A DNA stretch of 60,140 nucleotides, filler included, from Sphacelaria rigidula (GCA_964200075.2; 9 parts of 9 records of this genome joined end to end with filler, not necessarily neighbours in it), one strand, 5' to 3'. Numbered from the whole stretch's first letter, positions 10,996 to 23,192 are shown. Program-made: numbers and translations. Notes: generated by a model not told the origin, from the sequence alone.

Positions 10996-13288
10996 AGTAA
11001 GCTCCGAGGTAGTTTTTCTCCTTTAGGACTGGACGATTTCCAATTTGTCACCTGTGCCACCCCGCAGTTTCACCCGATCCGCCCCCGCACTCGAAGAAGT
11101 GCCCCACTCACCTGTCGCGCAGTGATGCCTTGAAGTTTTCCCGCATAGGTGTTATATCTTCTGGAAGGACTTTTGGGGCGCCAAGGTGAAAAGTCAGGTC
11201 TATGACTACGAGAGCCGCTTTTGGCGAGTACGGTACGAAGACGGGGACTGGGTGAATCTATCTCGCTGGTAAATAGAGAGCTTAATGCTGGAAAGGGGAA
11301 ACCGACAGTAGACTGCAGCGTGGACGTTTACGAGTAGCTATTGCATGAGGTGGTATATGATATGCTTGCTAGAGGAATGTGGTAATGAAACGAATAAAAA
11401 AATAAATAGCTATGTATCTCCGCTACCGTACGATGTAGCAATGATTTTCGGGTGTTCCTTTTTTATTTGTCACCTTGCTCCATTTGTTGATTAGTTCCCA
11501 TTTTTTCTAACATACTGGTATATGTGTTGGTAGGTTCGTACTTGGTTTGAGGCGTACGGTCTCCGCTTGATGTAAGAGCCAAGGCGCGTGGGCTCTATTC
11601 CCAGTAATATAGGCATCAGTAGTCATAGAAGCGTATCCATCGCAGAGGCTGCAATCCTATAACTATTGATCAGTTCGTGGTAAGTTTTTTGTAGCGATCC
11701 AGCCAGTGCTGGATATGGTTTAAGCCCCGCACTACCCCTGAATCCGGTGTAACCGATCCGGGTTGTCGACGCGCGATTAGCTAGCTAGCTAATCGTCCTC
11801 CAGTCTAACTGACAGCCCGGGAAAACGACAGCGACTGCACTCGTTTGCTGTTTCTGCTATTGGAAAGGGCGCTATCGACTTTTCCTTTCCTAACGGATAG
11901 GGTTTTCCCCTGCTTGACAGGGTTGACCTGTCCATGAGATTTGTGACGAGTCTTTCCTGCACTATAATTTTGCAGATCTACCTCGTTTTACCTTCACGCG
12001 TTCGATGTACAGGCTCTTTTTTTGCCCTTCAGCCCTTGGATGATTTGTTTGCTTAGCCTTATAAATACGGCTGGGGGGATATTCCGGATTTGCCGGTCAT
12101 TTTCCAGTCGGACTACGTTCCATGTGTCATAGTTTTATCATGCTCGGTGTTCGATGGGTCATACTCCATTTTTATAGCGATCCATATTTTCTTCTCGCGA
12201 CCCTCCTCATGTTGGCACAACGTCTTTGGGAACTGATCTCAGCCAGCAAGCGGCAATTTTCCTCTTCGCCGATAATACAATAAGCATCTACGCCATCTAC
12301 AGAACTGCTTTTCAGAGGCGTCTCTGATCTTCGTCTAAGGTAAGCCTGACTTGCATGTAGCAGATGCTGCTTTGAGCACTTGCGTGACAACCTGCAGCAT
12401 GATTTAACTGCACGTGTGGCGACTTGCAGCCACTTCGCTGCTGAGCGCAGTGCGCATATTTCGTACTCGGTTCGATTCGTTGGTACTTGAATGTGCATGA
12501 GCCCGATAGTGCTCGGGTGTCCATGGACTGGCACCCTTCACCTCTAGACCATCACCATCGATTCGCGACAATTATTCGCGTAATGCAAGCGAGCAGAGCG
12601 AGCTAAGGGCTCACCATGTTCATGGCGGATGTATCTGCGCTGGTGATTCGGCGTGAAATTGTTCATATTATTCCCAGGGGTGTCTGCTTGAAGGAAAGGT
12701 GGATGCCGGGTTGGCGGAGTTGCTGCCGGAGTAGCGTGTAGCTGAGGACACACCTTGCCTGCTCGAAGCAGCAGGGGGGTGTTGTTTGCGCAACGCTAGC
12801 GAGCGGAGCGATCTTGGGGCTCGCCATTCTCACGGCGAATCTATCTGCGCCAACGATATGGCGGGAGATCATTCAGATGATTCGCAGGGGTGTCACTTGG
12901 CGAAGAGGCGGATGCCGGGTTGGCGGAAATGTCGCCGGAGCAGCGCGTAGCTGTGGACACGCCTTGCATCATCGAAGCAGCAAGGGCCTCTGACCCGCGA
13001 GGAACGGGTACGCAGAGCGAGCTTCAGGCTCGTGATGCTATTAGGGATCACAATTCCTGCGGTCACGTCAAGCGTTGCGTAGTGTTGGGGTGGTCGTATG
13101 CACTGCTGTTTGCATGGACAGGTTTGGCGTGTTTTGCGAATTTGATTGAGGCGTCTCTGCCGCTGCACGGTCGGGTGATTGAGGAGGATGGTGTGATGTC
13201 ATCGGGAGGCGTTGGGGTGACACTTTCTACGATAGCCCCCCCCCCCCCCCCCCCCCTCCCCCCGCCCCGTCCCCGGCCTCCTCTGGTC

Positions 13289-13388
13289 NNNNNNNNNNNN
13301 NNNNNNNNNNNNNNNNNNNNNNNNNNNNNNNNTTAATTAATTAANNNNNNNNNNNNNNNNNNNNNNNNNNNNNNNNNNNNNNNNNNNN
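13289..13388. other. Artificial contig linker
   Basis: N44-TTAATTAATTAA-N44. Confidence 0.97.
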
Positions 13389-13479
13389 CCTTTCCTTTTC
13401 ACGCCCCTTTTCCCCCTTTTTCCCTCCCCGCCCCTTCCCTTTTTGTTTTGCCCCCGGTCCCCCCCCCCCCCCCGCCTTC

Positions 13480-14890
13480 ACTTATGGACAGTATTTTATC
13501 TTGGTTTCCTCTTATCTCCCGTCATACTCTTTCGACTTCTCTATCCCATCTTACTCCAGTCTCCCCTTTCGTACTTTTTTTTCATACAGCCTTATTGACT
13601 ACGGCTGGCAATCTCTTTCTCTGCATGTTCTTTGAGCTATATCGCTATCGCAATTTTCTCACGTCTCTGTCAGTTCTAAGCAAGTACATTCCCCACTCTG
13701 CTCTCAATGCTGTATTACTCGTTGTTTTCGATTATCCAAGTATTTTCTTTGCTGCCATCTGTACTGTTCCAACTTCTTCACCAAATTCACGTTCCCCTCC
13801 CATACTTCTCCTGCACACTCCAGCTTTGGTACTGTCACGTTCATCAGGATACATCTCTTAATCCTAGTGCCTAGGTGCGAGTCTCGGAGGGTCACGTCCA
13901 TATCCTACCCACCTGTGCCTCACTCTTTTCTATTACTTTGTTTATGTGTGCATCCCAAGGGCAGTCTCCTGGTATATCTACGCCAAGATATGTACACTGG
14001 TCTACGATCGGCGATTCCTTTTCCCCCCACTTCCATTGGAACTCCACCAGATTCTTCTCGTGTTCGTTACATACGAGTGTCGCGCATTTGTTAACGTTCG
14101 GTGTCGCTCTCCATTTCCCAGTGTATTCTAGCGCCATGTCTATCTGTTTCTGTAATCCTTCTGCTGTTCCTGAAACCCCCACAAAATTGTCCGCGAACAT
14201 CGATCCTGATACCATATCTTTATCCACCTTGACCCCGCCTCCTTGCTTTGCTGCTTCTATTGCTAATATGAGACCACCAGTAGATACCTCGAATAAAGTG
14301 GGTGATAGCGTACATCCTTGCGCAACTAACAGCCGATCATCGAAATGGAGGGTGGAGCTCTTCATTGAGGATGAGAACCCGGAGGATTAAAATCTTCGTA
14401 TCCACACCAAATCTTCGAAATATGGTTCCATTCCTTCATTCCTTCACCGACTGGTATCTGTTGACAACTACTACACGCGGTACAAGTTTGGATTTCGATG
14501 GCCGAAATGTTGAGGTCCCAGTTGAAGGAAAATATCGGGAAATTTTGGTAGACCGATCGCATCGCCGAAATTTACCGTAATCGATTTATCACCTAGGACC
14601 CCAACATTTCGGTTATCGAAATCCAAACTTGTATGTCGTGTAGTAGTTGTCAATAGCTGCCAGTAGGTGAACGAATCGAGCCATATTTCGAAGATTTGGT
14701 GTGGGTACGAAGATTTTCATTATCTGAGTGCTCATCCTCACTGAAAAGCTCCGTCCTCGATTTCGATGATCGGCTGTTAACTCCTTGTAAATATATAAAA
14801 AACATTTCGATATTTCCCCGTCTAGCATCACAGCACTCTTGGCACATTCTGTCAGCTTCTTGACCATTCTCCACATGTTTCCTCTGATGC
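13480..14890 (-). mobile_element. LINE family A (non-LTR RT) fragment, interrupted by a foldback element
   Basis: MLDGEISK..LQGVAQGCTLSPTLF..MFADNFVG..YLGV..PKLECAGEVWEG, non-LTR RT domains with frameshifts. Confidence 0.85.
14328..14778. mobile_element. Foldback-type non-autonomous DNA element (about 200-bp inverted arms)
   Basis: AACAGCCGATCATCGAAAT...ATTTCGATGATCGGCTGTT flanked by duplicated AACT. Removing it restores LQGVAQG of the host LINE. Confidence 0.85.
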
Positions 14891-14929
14891 CGACACTTTC
14901 TGAGATAGCCCCCCCCAAAAAAAAAAAAA

Positions 14930-16299
14930 GATGTCCAGGTTGGTGAAGATATGGTATCAGGATTGGTGTTCGCGGATGATTCCGAGGGGATTTCAGAAAC
15001 ACTAGAAGGATTACAGACACAGATTTACAAGGCGCTAGAATACACCAGGAAATGGAGAGTGACGGAGAATGTCAACACATGCGCGGCATTCGTCTGTAAC
15101 GAAGATAAGAAAATCCGGTAGAGTTCAAATGGAAGTGGGAAGAAGAGGAATCGCCGATCGTAGACCAGTATGCATACCTTGGCGTAGAGATATCAAGAAA
15201 CTGTTCTTGGGATGCACACATAAACAAAGTAATAGAAGAGGGTAGAGCATAGATAGGCAGGTTGGACGTGGTCCTCAGAGACCCGCGCCTAGACACTAGG
15301 GTCAAGAGGATGTATCCTGATGAACGTGATCGTACCAAAGCTGGAATATGCAGGAGAAGTATGGGAGGGGAACGTGAAGGTGGTGGAGAGGTTGTAAACA
15401 GTATAGATGGCAGCAGCTAAGAAGATACTTGAATGCTCAGAAACGACGAGTCATACAGTTTGGAGAGCAGAGTTGGGAATGTACTCACTGAAACAAATAG
15501 ATACATGAGGAAAGTGCGATGGCAATATAGCATGAAGAACATGCAGATAAAGAGATTGCCAGGTATAGTTGCTGGGGCTGTACGGAGGAAAAGTACGAAA
15601 CGGCGTGCTTTGAGGTGGGATAGAGAAGTCGAGAAAGTGTGGAAGGAGATAGGAGGAAACCAAGACGAAACACTGTCCATAGGTGAAGACGCGAGGTACA
15701 AGGCGAAAGTAAGAGATATAGTCGAAATATGGGGAAAAGGAGCGCCCAGACGCAAGGTAGACGGAGAAGAACACCTGGAGATATACAGGTGGTTGAGAGA
15801 GGGGATCGGGATGAAAGCATATTTGCATGGCCCAATGGACGCGGCGAAAAATATGAGACTGCGATATCGGGTGGGGGACCTGGACCTGCCAGAAAGAAGT
15901 AAGAGGTATACCAGTAGTCGAAAGGACGAGGAAGTAGATGGACAGAACTGCCTCTGTGGCAAGGGAATAGAGACCAGAAGTGTCATAGTGGCATAATGTG
16001 AACTATACAAGGAGGAACGGGACGTGCTAGAGGGGGAAATGCGGGACGTGAACGGAGGTGGCATGAAATCGTTTGATACATTAGACAGTAGAGAGGAAAC
16101 GATGGTTATACTAGGAGACAGATGGAGGTCAGGACAAGATGTGCAAAAGGTTTTTGTTGTGTAATGTATCTAAGAAATGTAATGAGCACCGGAATGTTGA
16201 AGGTGTTTCTTTCAGGAGTAGGAACGGTGCTCCGTCTCGAAAGGGATGCGTGGTCAAGGGTCAAACGACTAAGGCAAGCAACGAATGCGTACGCCCCCC
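14930..16299 (+). mobile_element. LINE family A, 5'-truncated copy with intact 3' end and C-run tail
   Basis: Homologous to 13480-14240 in the opposite orientation. Continues through GMKAYLHGPMDAAK..LRYRVGDLDLPER..CLCG and ends gtgctccgtctcgaaagggatgcg...gcgtacgcccccc. Confidence 0.85.
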
Positions 16300-16304
16300 A
16301 AAAG

Positions 16305-16945
16305 AAACAGCTAAGAGAATACTTGGATGCTAGGAAACGACGAGTAATACAGTTTTGAGAGCATAGTTGGGAATGTACTCGCTTAAGATAAACAGAGGCA
16401 TGAGGAAATTGCGATGACAATATAACGTAAAGAACATGCAGAGGAAGAGATTGCCAGCTATAGTGATAGAGCTGTATAGAAGAAAAGTACGGAAGGTAAG
16501 GCTGGAGTAAGGTGGGATAGAGAAGTCGAGAAAATATGGAAGGAGATAGGAGGAAACCGAGACGAAATACTGTCCATGGATGAAGACGCGGGGTACAAGG
16601 CAAAAGTAAGAGATATGATCGAAATAAGGGCAAAAGGAGCGCTCAGATGCAAAAGTAGACGAGGATGAACACCTGAAGATATACGGGTGGTTGAGAGAGA
16701 GGATAGGGATGAAAGCATATTTGCATGGCCCAATGGACGCTGCGAAAAGTATGAAATCCGACTTCGGGTGGGGGACTTGGACCTGCCAGAAAGAAGAAAG
16801 AGATAAACCAGTCGTCGAAAGGACGAGGAAAAAGTTGGACAGAACTGCCTCTGTGGCAAGGACATAGAGAGCAAAAGTCATAACGTGGCAGAATGTGAAC
16901 TATACAAGGAGGAACGGGACGTGCTAGTCACGAAAACGATGGTCA
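16305..16945 (+). mobile_element. LINE family A internal fragment (repeat of about 15415-16105)
   Basis: Direct similarity, e.g. gatgaaagcatatttgcatggcccaatggacgc occurs in both. Confidence 0.8.
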
Positions 16946-16959
16946 TACAGCACCTACCT

Positions 16960-17142
16960 GCTGTTTGGTTTCAAGCTGCATGAAGCGCGTCATATGGGCA
17001 ACAATTGCGAAAATGGATCCTAGCGTGCGAATTCTCAGCTTCTCGTTGTGCTCGTTTTATTTTGTTTCGATTTACGTGTAGATTTCGCCTCCCCAAACCA
17101 GCCACATTTGGCGGGGGGGGGGGGGCTATCGTAGAAAGTGTC
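16960..17142. mobile_element. MITE fragment of the GACACTTTCTACGATAGC(C)n family
   Basis: The terminus ggggctatcgtagaaagtgtc also occurs inverted at about 13219, 14891 and 39997. The body resembles 21710-21882. Confidence 0.55.
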
Positions 17143-17144
17143 TG

Positions 17145-17770
17145 CCAGTTTGCCACACTTTTTTCACAACCCATCTCTCCTACTGTGTCATAAGCCGTTT
17201 GCACGTCCACAAAGAAACGGTACGTTGTCCACTCGGTGTCTTTCCTACCGCTGAACCATCTTACCTAGTGTGTACACATGGTCTACGCAACTACGATTCG
17301 GTGTAAATCCTGCTTGCCCGTCGCTGCTTTCTCCATTTTTTCCACCATCGTTCCTGCTCGATCGTTCAGAGTCTCACAGAACTTTTCCCCTATCGTGCTC
17401 AGCAGCTTTATTCCTCTATAGTTTCCTGGGTCAGCCTTGTCTCCTCTTTTTCAAGGATTGACGACTACTCCTTCTTCCACGTCTTGGGTGTGTACTCGTT
17501 TTCCCACATTTCGTTATGCAGCATAACCATCACGGTGACCATTCCTTCTCCCCCGTACTTTAGAAATTCATTCACTATTCCGTCTGTCCCTGCTGCCTTT
17601 TTTTTCTTGAGTTTAGCTACGCAGTCCTTCATTTCATCTCTGGTAAACTCGCTCTGCAGTCATTCGGAGCCTCTGTCATCCCGTTTGGACGTCTTTTCAT
17701 CTGTCTCTGCCCGCGCATTGGTTTCTTTTTCGAATTCCGTGTCGAACTCCGTGTTAGTTTTCGGTGTTCC
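17145..17770 (-). mobile_element. LINE family A, RT N-terminal fragment
   Basis: KLKKKKAAGTDGIVNEFLKYGGEG...FVDVQTAYDTV, non-LTR RT domains 0-3. Confidence 0.75.
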
Positions 17771-17779
17771 TAGTTTACT

Positions 17780-19418
17780 TTAGTGCTCCCGGAATAGGCA
17801 CGTATACCACGTATGCCGGAATGGTGTGAAAACTCCCACACGAGGGCACCAGTGAAGGCAGCGCTGACCAAATGACGGGAAGCACGCCGACTGATGCAGG
17901 ATCATCGGACCCCAGCATCGTGGAAAGCACTCCGAGCCGCGTGTTAGAGCGTGCGTAAAGCAATAGACGACGGCATCCATGCACATCTGTAGAGGTACGC
18001 GGCAGAGCTAGAAGCGATCTCAAAGGATGCGATATGAGAGGCCTGTACAAACACCTCAAGAGATCGGTGGGTCTTGGTGGAAGGCAATCCAGGGGACAGC
18101 AGTTCATAAAGGACGACAATAGCGTCCTACTGAGAAACGAAATTGCCATCCTTGAACAGTGGGCGAGGTCCTTCCGCACTCTGCTCAACGCCAAATCGCC
18201 TACGCTGAACCCAGTCATCATCGAGGAGGTGAAGCAGCGACCGGCAGCTTCAACCACCGATGATCCGGTACCGCTTGGGGCAGCACCAACACTCGAGGAA
18301 ACCAGACGAGCAGTCCGGGGGATGCAAAACTGGTAAGCACCAGGACACGACTCTCTTTCTATGGAGCTGCTCAAGATCGACGGCCGCGCCGAAGCCATCG
18401 TCCTCGAACGCTTCCATACCACTCTCGTCGAGGTGTGGAACGGAGGGGAAGTCCCGCAGGAGTGGAAAGACGCAACGATCAAGGGGCTGAACAAGAAATT
18501 GGACCGGTCCATCTGCAATAACCACAGGGGGATCTCTCTGATATCGCACGCAGGGGGAGTGCTCCTGAAGATAGTGGCCAACCGCCTCAGCGGCTACTGC
18601 GAAACGCACGGGATACTACCGGAGGAACAGTGCGGCTTCCGACCAGATCGATCCACTGTCGACGTGCTGTTCGTCGTGCGCGGACTCCAGGAGCTGAGAT
18701 GGCGGCGGAGAATCCCGCTGTACATGCGCTTCGTCGACCACCAGAAGGCATGTGACTCGGTCGACTGAGAGCTTCTGTGGCAGGTACTGATCCGAGCTGG
18801 TATTCCGGATGACGTGATAGTAGTTATCCGCTAACTACACGACGGTATGCAGGCCCGCGTACGCATGGACGTCGGGGAGCTCTCGGAGTGGTTTGAAGTC
18901 ACACAGGGACTGCGACAAGGATGTGTGCCGTCTCCCCTGCTGGTCAACATCTTCTTCGCGGCAGTGCTCGAGATATCCCTCGTGCGATTCAGCGACGGCG
19001 ATATCATCATCAAGGACATGGTATATCTCGATGAGGAGACGGGGAGGGGGGCGGGCACACCGCTGGAGCGTGTACGGAGAGCGGTGTGGTAAATGCTATA
19101 TGCCGACGATGCCGGCGTCGTCTCGAGTTTTCCCGACGGACTGGCGAGGATGATGACCATCATGGTGGACGTGTGTGGGGCCTTTGGACTGACCGCATCG
19201 GAGAAGAAGACGGAGACTCTCTTGATGCGAGTACCGAGGCAAGCACCGAAGAAGGGGGAGTCACCAACACCAACACCACCTCCCCCACCGCTGATCATCG
19301 AAGAATCGGGCCAGAAATACGCCCAGAAAACTAGTTTCCGATACTTGGGCGGGCTCGTTAACGAAGAGGGCGAACTCAAGCAAGAAATCAACGATCGGAG
19401 CAGAGCGGCGTGGGCGTC
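17780..19418 (+). mobile_element. LINE family B (RTE-like) degenerate RT
   Basis: [64 protein letters not shown] and FRYLGG, with several premature stops. Confidence 0.88.
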
Positions 19419-19567
19419 CACGACAACTCAGAGCACTGCCAGCGATTCCTCTCCCACAAGCGAGCTCTCCACAACGCACATCCCATCACTCCCATCCACC
19501 ACCACCGTTGCACACATCACACACCAACACCAACCAAGGACCCAAAGCAACAACACAGATACCAGGC

Positions 19568-19982
19568 ATGACACTCATGACCGTCAACACCCTGCCCCCT
19601 CCTGGCCCTACTTCTGGCCTCTACAACACATGCCTTCGTGATCCCCACCAACACCCGTGGAGCATCGCCAATAGCTACTCTGCAGCGACCGGCGGCCGTG
19701 GCCACCCCCACGTCGTCGTTGGCCCGAACCCGCTCGTCTACAGCACCACGCAGATCCACCGCTTCCGTGGCAGTAGTCCGCATGGCGACCGATACCCGCA
19801 CTGTGACTGAAACACCAGGCGTCGAGGCTACCGAGCAGACAGTCACGAGACTCCGCGAGACCGCCGCGGCGTTACGCGCGCAAGCTGTCGAGCTCGAGAG
19901 CAAGCGCGAACAAGAACGTCGCGCCGGCGCCGACCGCTCCTTCAACACCTTCGACTCCAACAACGACGGCACGGTAGACGTG
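19568..19982 (+). CDS. Plastid-targeted EF-hand protein, first exon (one extra C in run 19595-19599; truncated by contig end)
   Basis: With one C removed it reads MTLMTVNTLPLLALLLASTTHA-FVIP (signal peptide plus ASAFAP-type cleavage motif). Then come a Ser/Thr/Arg-rich transit peptide, a coiled coil LRETAAALRAQAVELE and the EF-hand loop FDSNNDGTVDV. Confidence 0.7.
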
Positions 19983-20082
19983 NNNNNNNNNNNNNNNNNN
20001 NNNNNNNNNNNNNNNNNNNNNNNNNNTTAATTAATTAANNNNNNNNNNNNNNNNNNNNNNNNNNNNNNNNNNNNNNNNNNNN
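19983..20082. other. Artificial contig linker
   Basis: N44-TTAATTAATTAA-N44. Confidence 0.97.
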
Positions 20083-20114
20083 CCCCGGTGTCGCTGCCTT
20101 CCGCCGGGGTGGCG

Positions 20115-20206
20115 GGGGGTGCGGGGGGGGGGGGGCGGCGTACTCATTTGTTGCTTGCCTTAGTCGTTCGACCGTTGACCACGCATCCCTTTCGAGACGA
20201 AGCACC
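20115..20206 (-). mobile_element. Extremely 5'-truncated LINE-A 3' end
   Basis: About 75-nt terminal module between two G-runs. Further copies at 25596-25700(+), 26777-26839(+), 33556-33625(-) and 51955-52045(+). Confidence 0.8.
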
Positions 20207-20707
20207 GGGGGGGCGGGTAGCGACTGCATGTATTTCATTTGATTCCAATGCTTACATGTTTCGGATTGTAAGTCTAATGACATCACCTGTTGCTCCCTGT
20301 AAAACTTCCACACTTCCGACAGCCCATGAGCTACCTCAATATTGCTTCTTATCAGCGTATCGATCCTGATCATGAGCCAGCTCATTTGGCCCCCTCCCTT
20401 TTTCTTTTTCTTTTTCCAAAATTTTCTCCCTACAGCGCTGGAGGCCGAGCACGCGGCGTAGCGCAGAGGAAGCGCTTTGGTTTCTCAGACCTGCTGTCAC
20501 GTATTTCGTGTTCTATTGGGCAACGGGTCTGAAAAACCCTCTTCGACAAATCACTGTAGGTAACTCATGAGCTGCCCCACGAGTGATGAACGTCACCGCC
20601 AGTTCATCCAGGCTACTACTTGCGTCATGATAAACTTACGCTACAAATAAACTGATATCCCGGGTGTGTCGGCTGGTCTCCTTCCTCATCGACGGTACAC
20701 CACACAC

Positions 20708-21259
20708 CTTTTTCCAGGACTCGAGCTCGGCAGAATCTCGGCGCTTGGAATTTGCAGCACCCCCGTCAAAGCTACGGGAGCGAGTTACGGCAGCACGCGC
20801 CAGGTGGGCGGCTCCGGCCATTAGTTTCGCGTGCGCACGCTTGTCTTCCGCAGCCAGGAGCTCATCAGCGCAGGACTCGGATCGGAAGCGCTCTTGGGGA
20901 CGAAGCGCAGGGCTGCTGGTCGCGCTAGGCCCACCGCAGCGGTCATCACCAACAACAACACCGTCGCTACCGGCAGTGCTTGCAGAGCCCGCTGCCCCTA
21001 CAAAATTTCGTCCGGCTGCTGCTGCCGCTGCTCCTCCCTCTTCTGCTTGTGTGGCTTCTGCGGTTGCTTGTGCTCGACATTGTCCAACGTTTCCGTTTGG
21101 ACAGCTCCCATGTCCGCCCCCGCTGCCGCCACTCCCAACTTCACCGCCGACTCCGACGTTGTGGGAACAACAACTGGCCGCACTGCAGCTGTGTGGTCGC
21201 TCGCCCTCCGGGTCCTTGCCAGGATTCTTGGTGAAGACGGAAGCAACGGCAAGGAGAGC
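20708..21259 (-). CDS. Cytidine-deaminase-like gene, 4th visible exon (low complexity)
   Basis: cgcag|GCT...AAG|gtgtgt, 552 nt open in phase 0/0, consistent with the preceding exon. Confidence 0.6.
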
Positions 21260-21639
21260 CTGCGGGCGCATGTGTCGGGGAGGGGAGAGAACAAGCAGGA
21301 ATTGTGCAGCGGCGATTCCACAGCGCGGGTGTTGTGCTTGAAAAACCTGCGTGCGATTGTGATCCCGAAGAGAAAATCATGTACTTCCTCTGTCCCATAA
21401 TTGGAAGCAGGTTGCGTTTACGAATGATATTAAACGTGGCGGGCGCGTGGTTTGGTAATTATTTCGAAATCTTCGGATTTTTTTTTTTTGGGGGGGGGGG
21501 ACATTTTTTTTTTTTTTTTTTGTTTTTTACCATGGGGGCGGACGGTCTTGAAAAAATAAAATTGGCCTAAAAAATGGCCGTGTTACGCCCCCCTACTCTA
21601 TAGGCAAAAAAAAAGAGATTGTATTTTTTTTTAAGGAAT

Positions 21640-21882
21640 GATGCCGCGATAGCCCTCCCAAAGAACCAGCCCCAAAACTCTCACGAAGAAAATGGCCATG
21701 CAGCGCATGATAGCTGGTTTCAGACTTCATGAAAGCACCTTGTATGGGCAATATCGGCGAAAAATATTCCACACATGGGAGGTCCCAGCTGCTCGGTGCG
21801 CCCAGCTTTTGTCGTTTTGGTTTACATGTAGATTTTGCCTCCACAAACCAGTCATTTTTCTGGGGAGAGCTATCGCGGCATC
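21640..21882. mobile_element. MITE in intron
   Basis: TIRs gatgccgcgatagc / gctatcgcggcatc. The body is related to 16960-17142 and 39997-40062. Confidence 0.65.
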
Positions 21883-22400
21883 CCACAACGTCAAAATAAG
21901 TTTAAAAAAAATGCAGGAGGCTTGGCGTGCAACGGTATCGAATTCCCATTTGAAGGCGAAATCAGAAAAAAAAAAAAGTAGAAATAGTTCAACCCAATCA
22001 TCTACACAGCACACACTTCGGGGGGGGTTTCTTGTTCTGTCAGAATCTCCTGTAGTTGAACCTTCATAATGAACCCAACTCCAGCATCCCTAACCCGGTG
22101 GTCGAGGTGGAACAATCTGCCTCAGAGAACCTAGTATCCTTGGGGGACAAAGGAAGTGCAGAATTAGCCATCCCGCGGATTATCATGACGAAGAGATATC
22201 ATTAGGCCGTCCAGCATTGGCTTCTGCAAAGGACTCCACGACCATCAACCACCAGGGGCGCCCGTACCGACGAGAAATAGTCTGCATATCGCGGGTTTAA
22301 TCGCAATACTCACTCAGTCGTCGTCGTGTCAAGAATGGCTTCGGTGAAACGAACAAGACCACACAAAGTTCGTCTACAAGCATCGAATTCACCCGCACAC

Positions 22401-22994
22401 CTGTCGCCCCTCCTCTGACCTAGACTCGTCTTCCGTCTCGGTCTCGCTCCCCTCCATTTGCACCCTTCCAGCCGGCGCTGACGCCGGCGCTCCACCTGCC
22501 TCTGCCCTGCTCCCCCTATCTTCGCGCCGCCCCGTCCAACTCCACCCACCACACCCGCAGGAGCCCGACGGTGACGAATAGCACCCACCCTCATCCAGGT
22601 GCGGCTGTTCAGCTTTCTCCGGACCCGCAGTTTTACCCGCAACAGAAACGCCTTTGCGCATGTGTGAATCTTTGCAAGCAGGAGCGCTCTGAAGCGACGG
22701 TCGTGAGGAAGAATCCACAGAAGATCCGACAGCGGAGGCGGCGGAAGATGCTGACAATCGGCCGCCACTGAATCCGTCCCCGAGCGCGTATCCTCTGCCG
22801 TTGTCGGCACAGTTGACGGTAGGAGTGGTGGCAGTGGTGGTCATGTTCCACGGCCGACTATGGTTGGTGTTGTTGCCGTCAGAGGAGCCGCCTGGGGGGG
22901 TTTCTCCGGGCTGTTCTTTTGCTGTGGCTCGGTCGGACGGTGCTGGTCTGGGAGTTGTCAGTGTAGAGGAAGGAGTCGATAAAGGGGCGGTAGA

Positions 22995-23031
<37 letters not shown>

Positions 23032-23192
23032 GGCGAGTGACTGGCGACGGTTGTGGCTTTTTGGCCGTTTAAGTTGGCCATGGCCAAGACGGCAACGGCT
23101 TTGATGTCTCGCCGCAGGAGGGCGAGATCGGCGGCGAGAGCAGACCCGATGACGTTGCGCTCCGCGCACAGAGAGCCGGTCGGCATGGAGAC
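22401..23192 (-). CDS. Cytidine-deaminase-like gene, exon carrying the CAE zinc/catalytic motif
   Basis: ctgcag|VSMPTGSLCAERNVIGSALAADLALLRRDIKAVAVLAM, then a low-complexity stretch ending EEGRQ|gtgtgc. 792 nt, phase 0/0. Confidence 0.8.

Larger units (their letters stand above)
7315..12080 (+). mobile_element. Degenerate Ty3/Gypsy LTR retrotransposon pol (RT-RNaseH-integrase-chromo/Tudor)
   Basis: RT motifs LDLGTGFHQ, KTAF, GFGL, SWLDRIL (YxDD decayed) and NFAKC; LRSFLGL; RNase H QTDAS and HRLALRLIEYD; integrase HTLHGHAG..CSC, DRASKF, GDRGKEF and YTGPWKV. Order RT-RH-INT, many stops and frameshifts, and an about 230-bp insertion near 7572-7805. The right boundary is approximate. Confidence 0.9.

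Noticed and set aside
12700..12967. About 60-bp direct repeat 210 bp apart
   Set aside because: Real but diverged, with no LTR/TSD or coding signature. Probably decayed repeat sequence.
20664..21400. Plus-strand ORFs of 225 aa and 189 aa
   Set aside because: GC-rich antisense shadows of the minus-strand exon 20708-21259.
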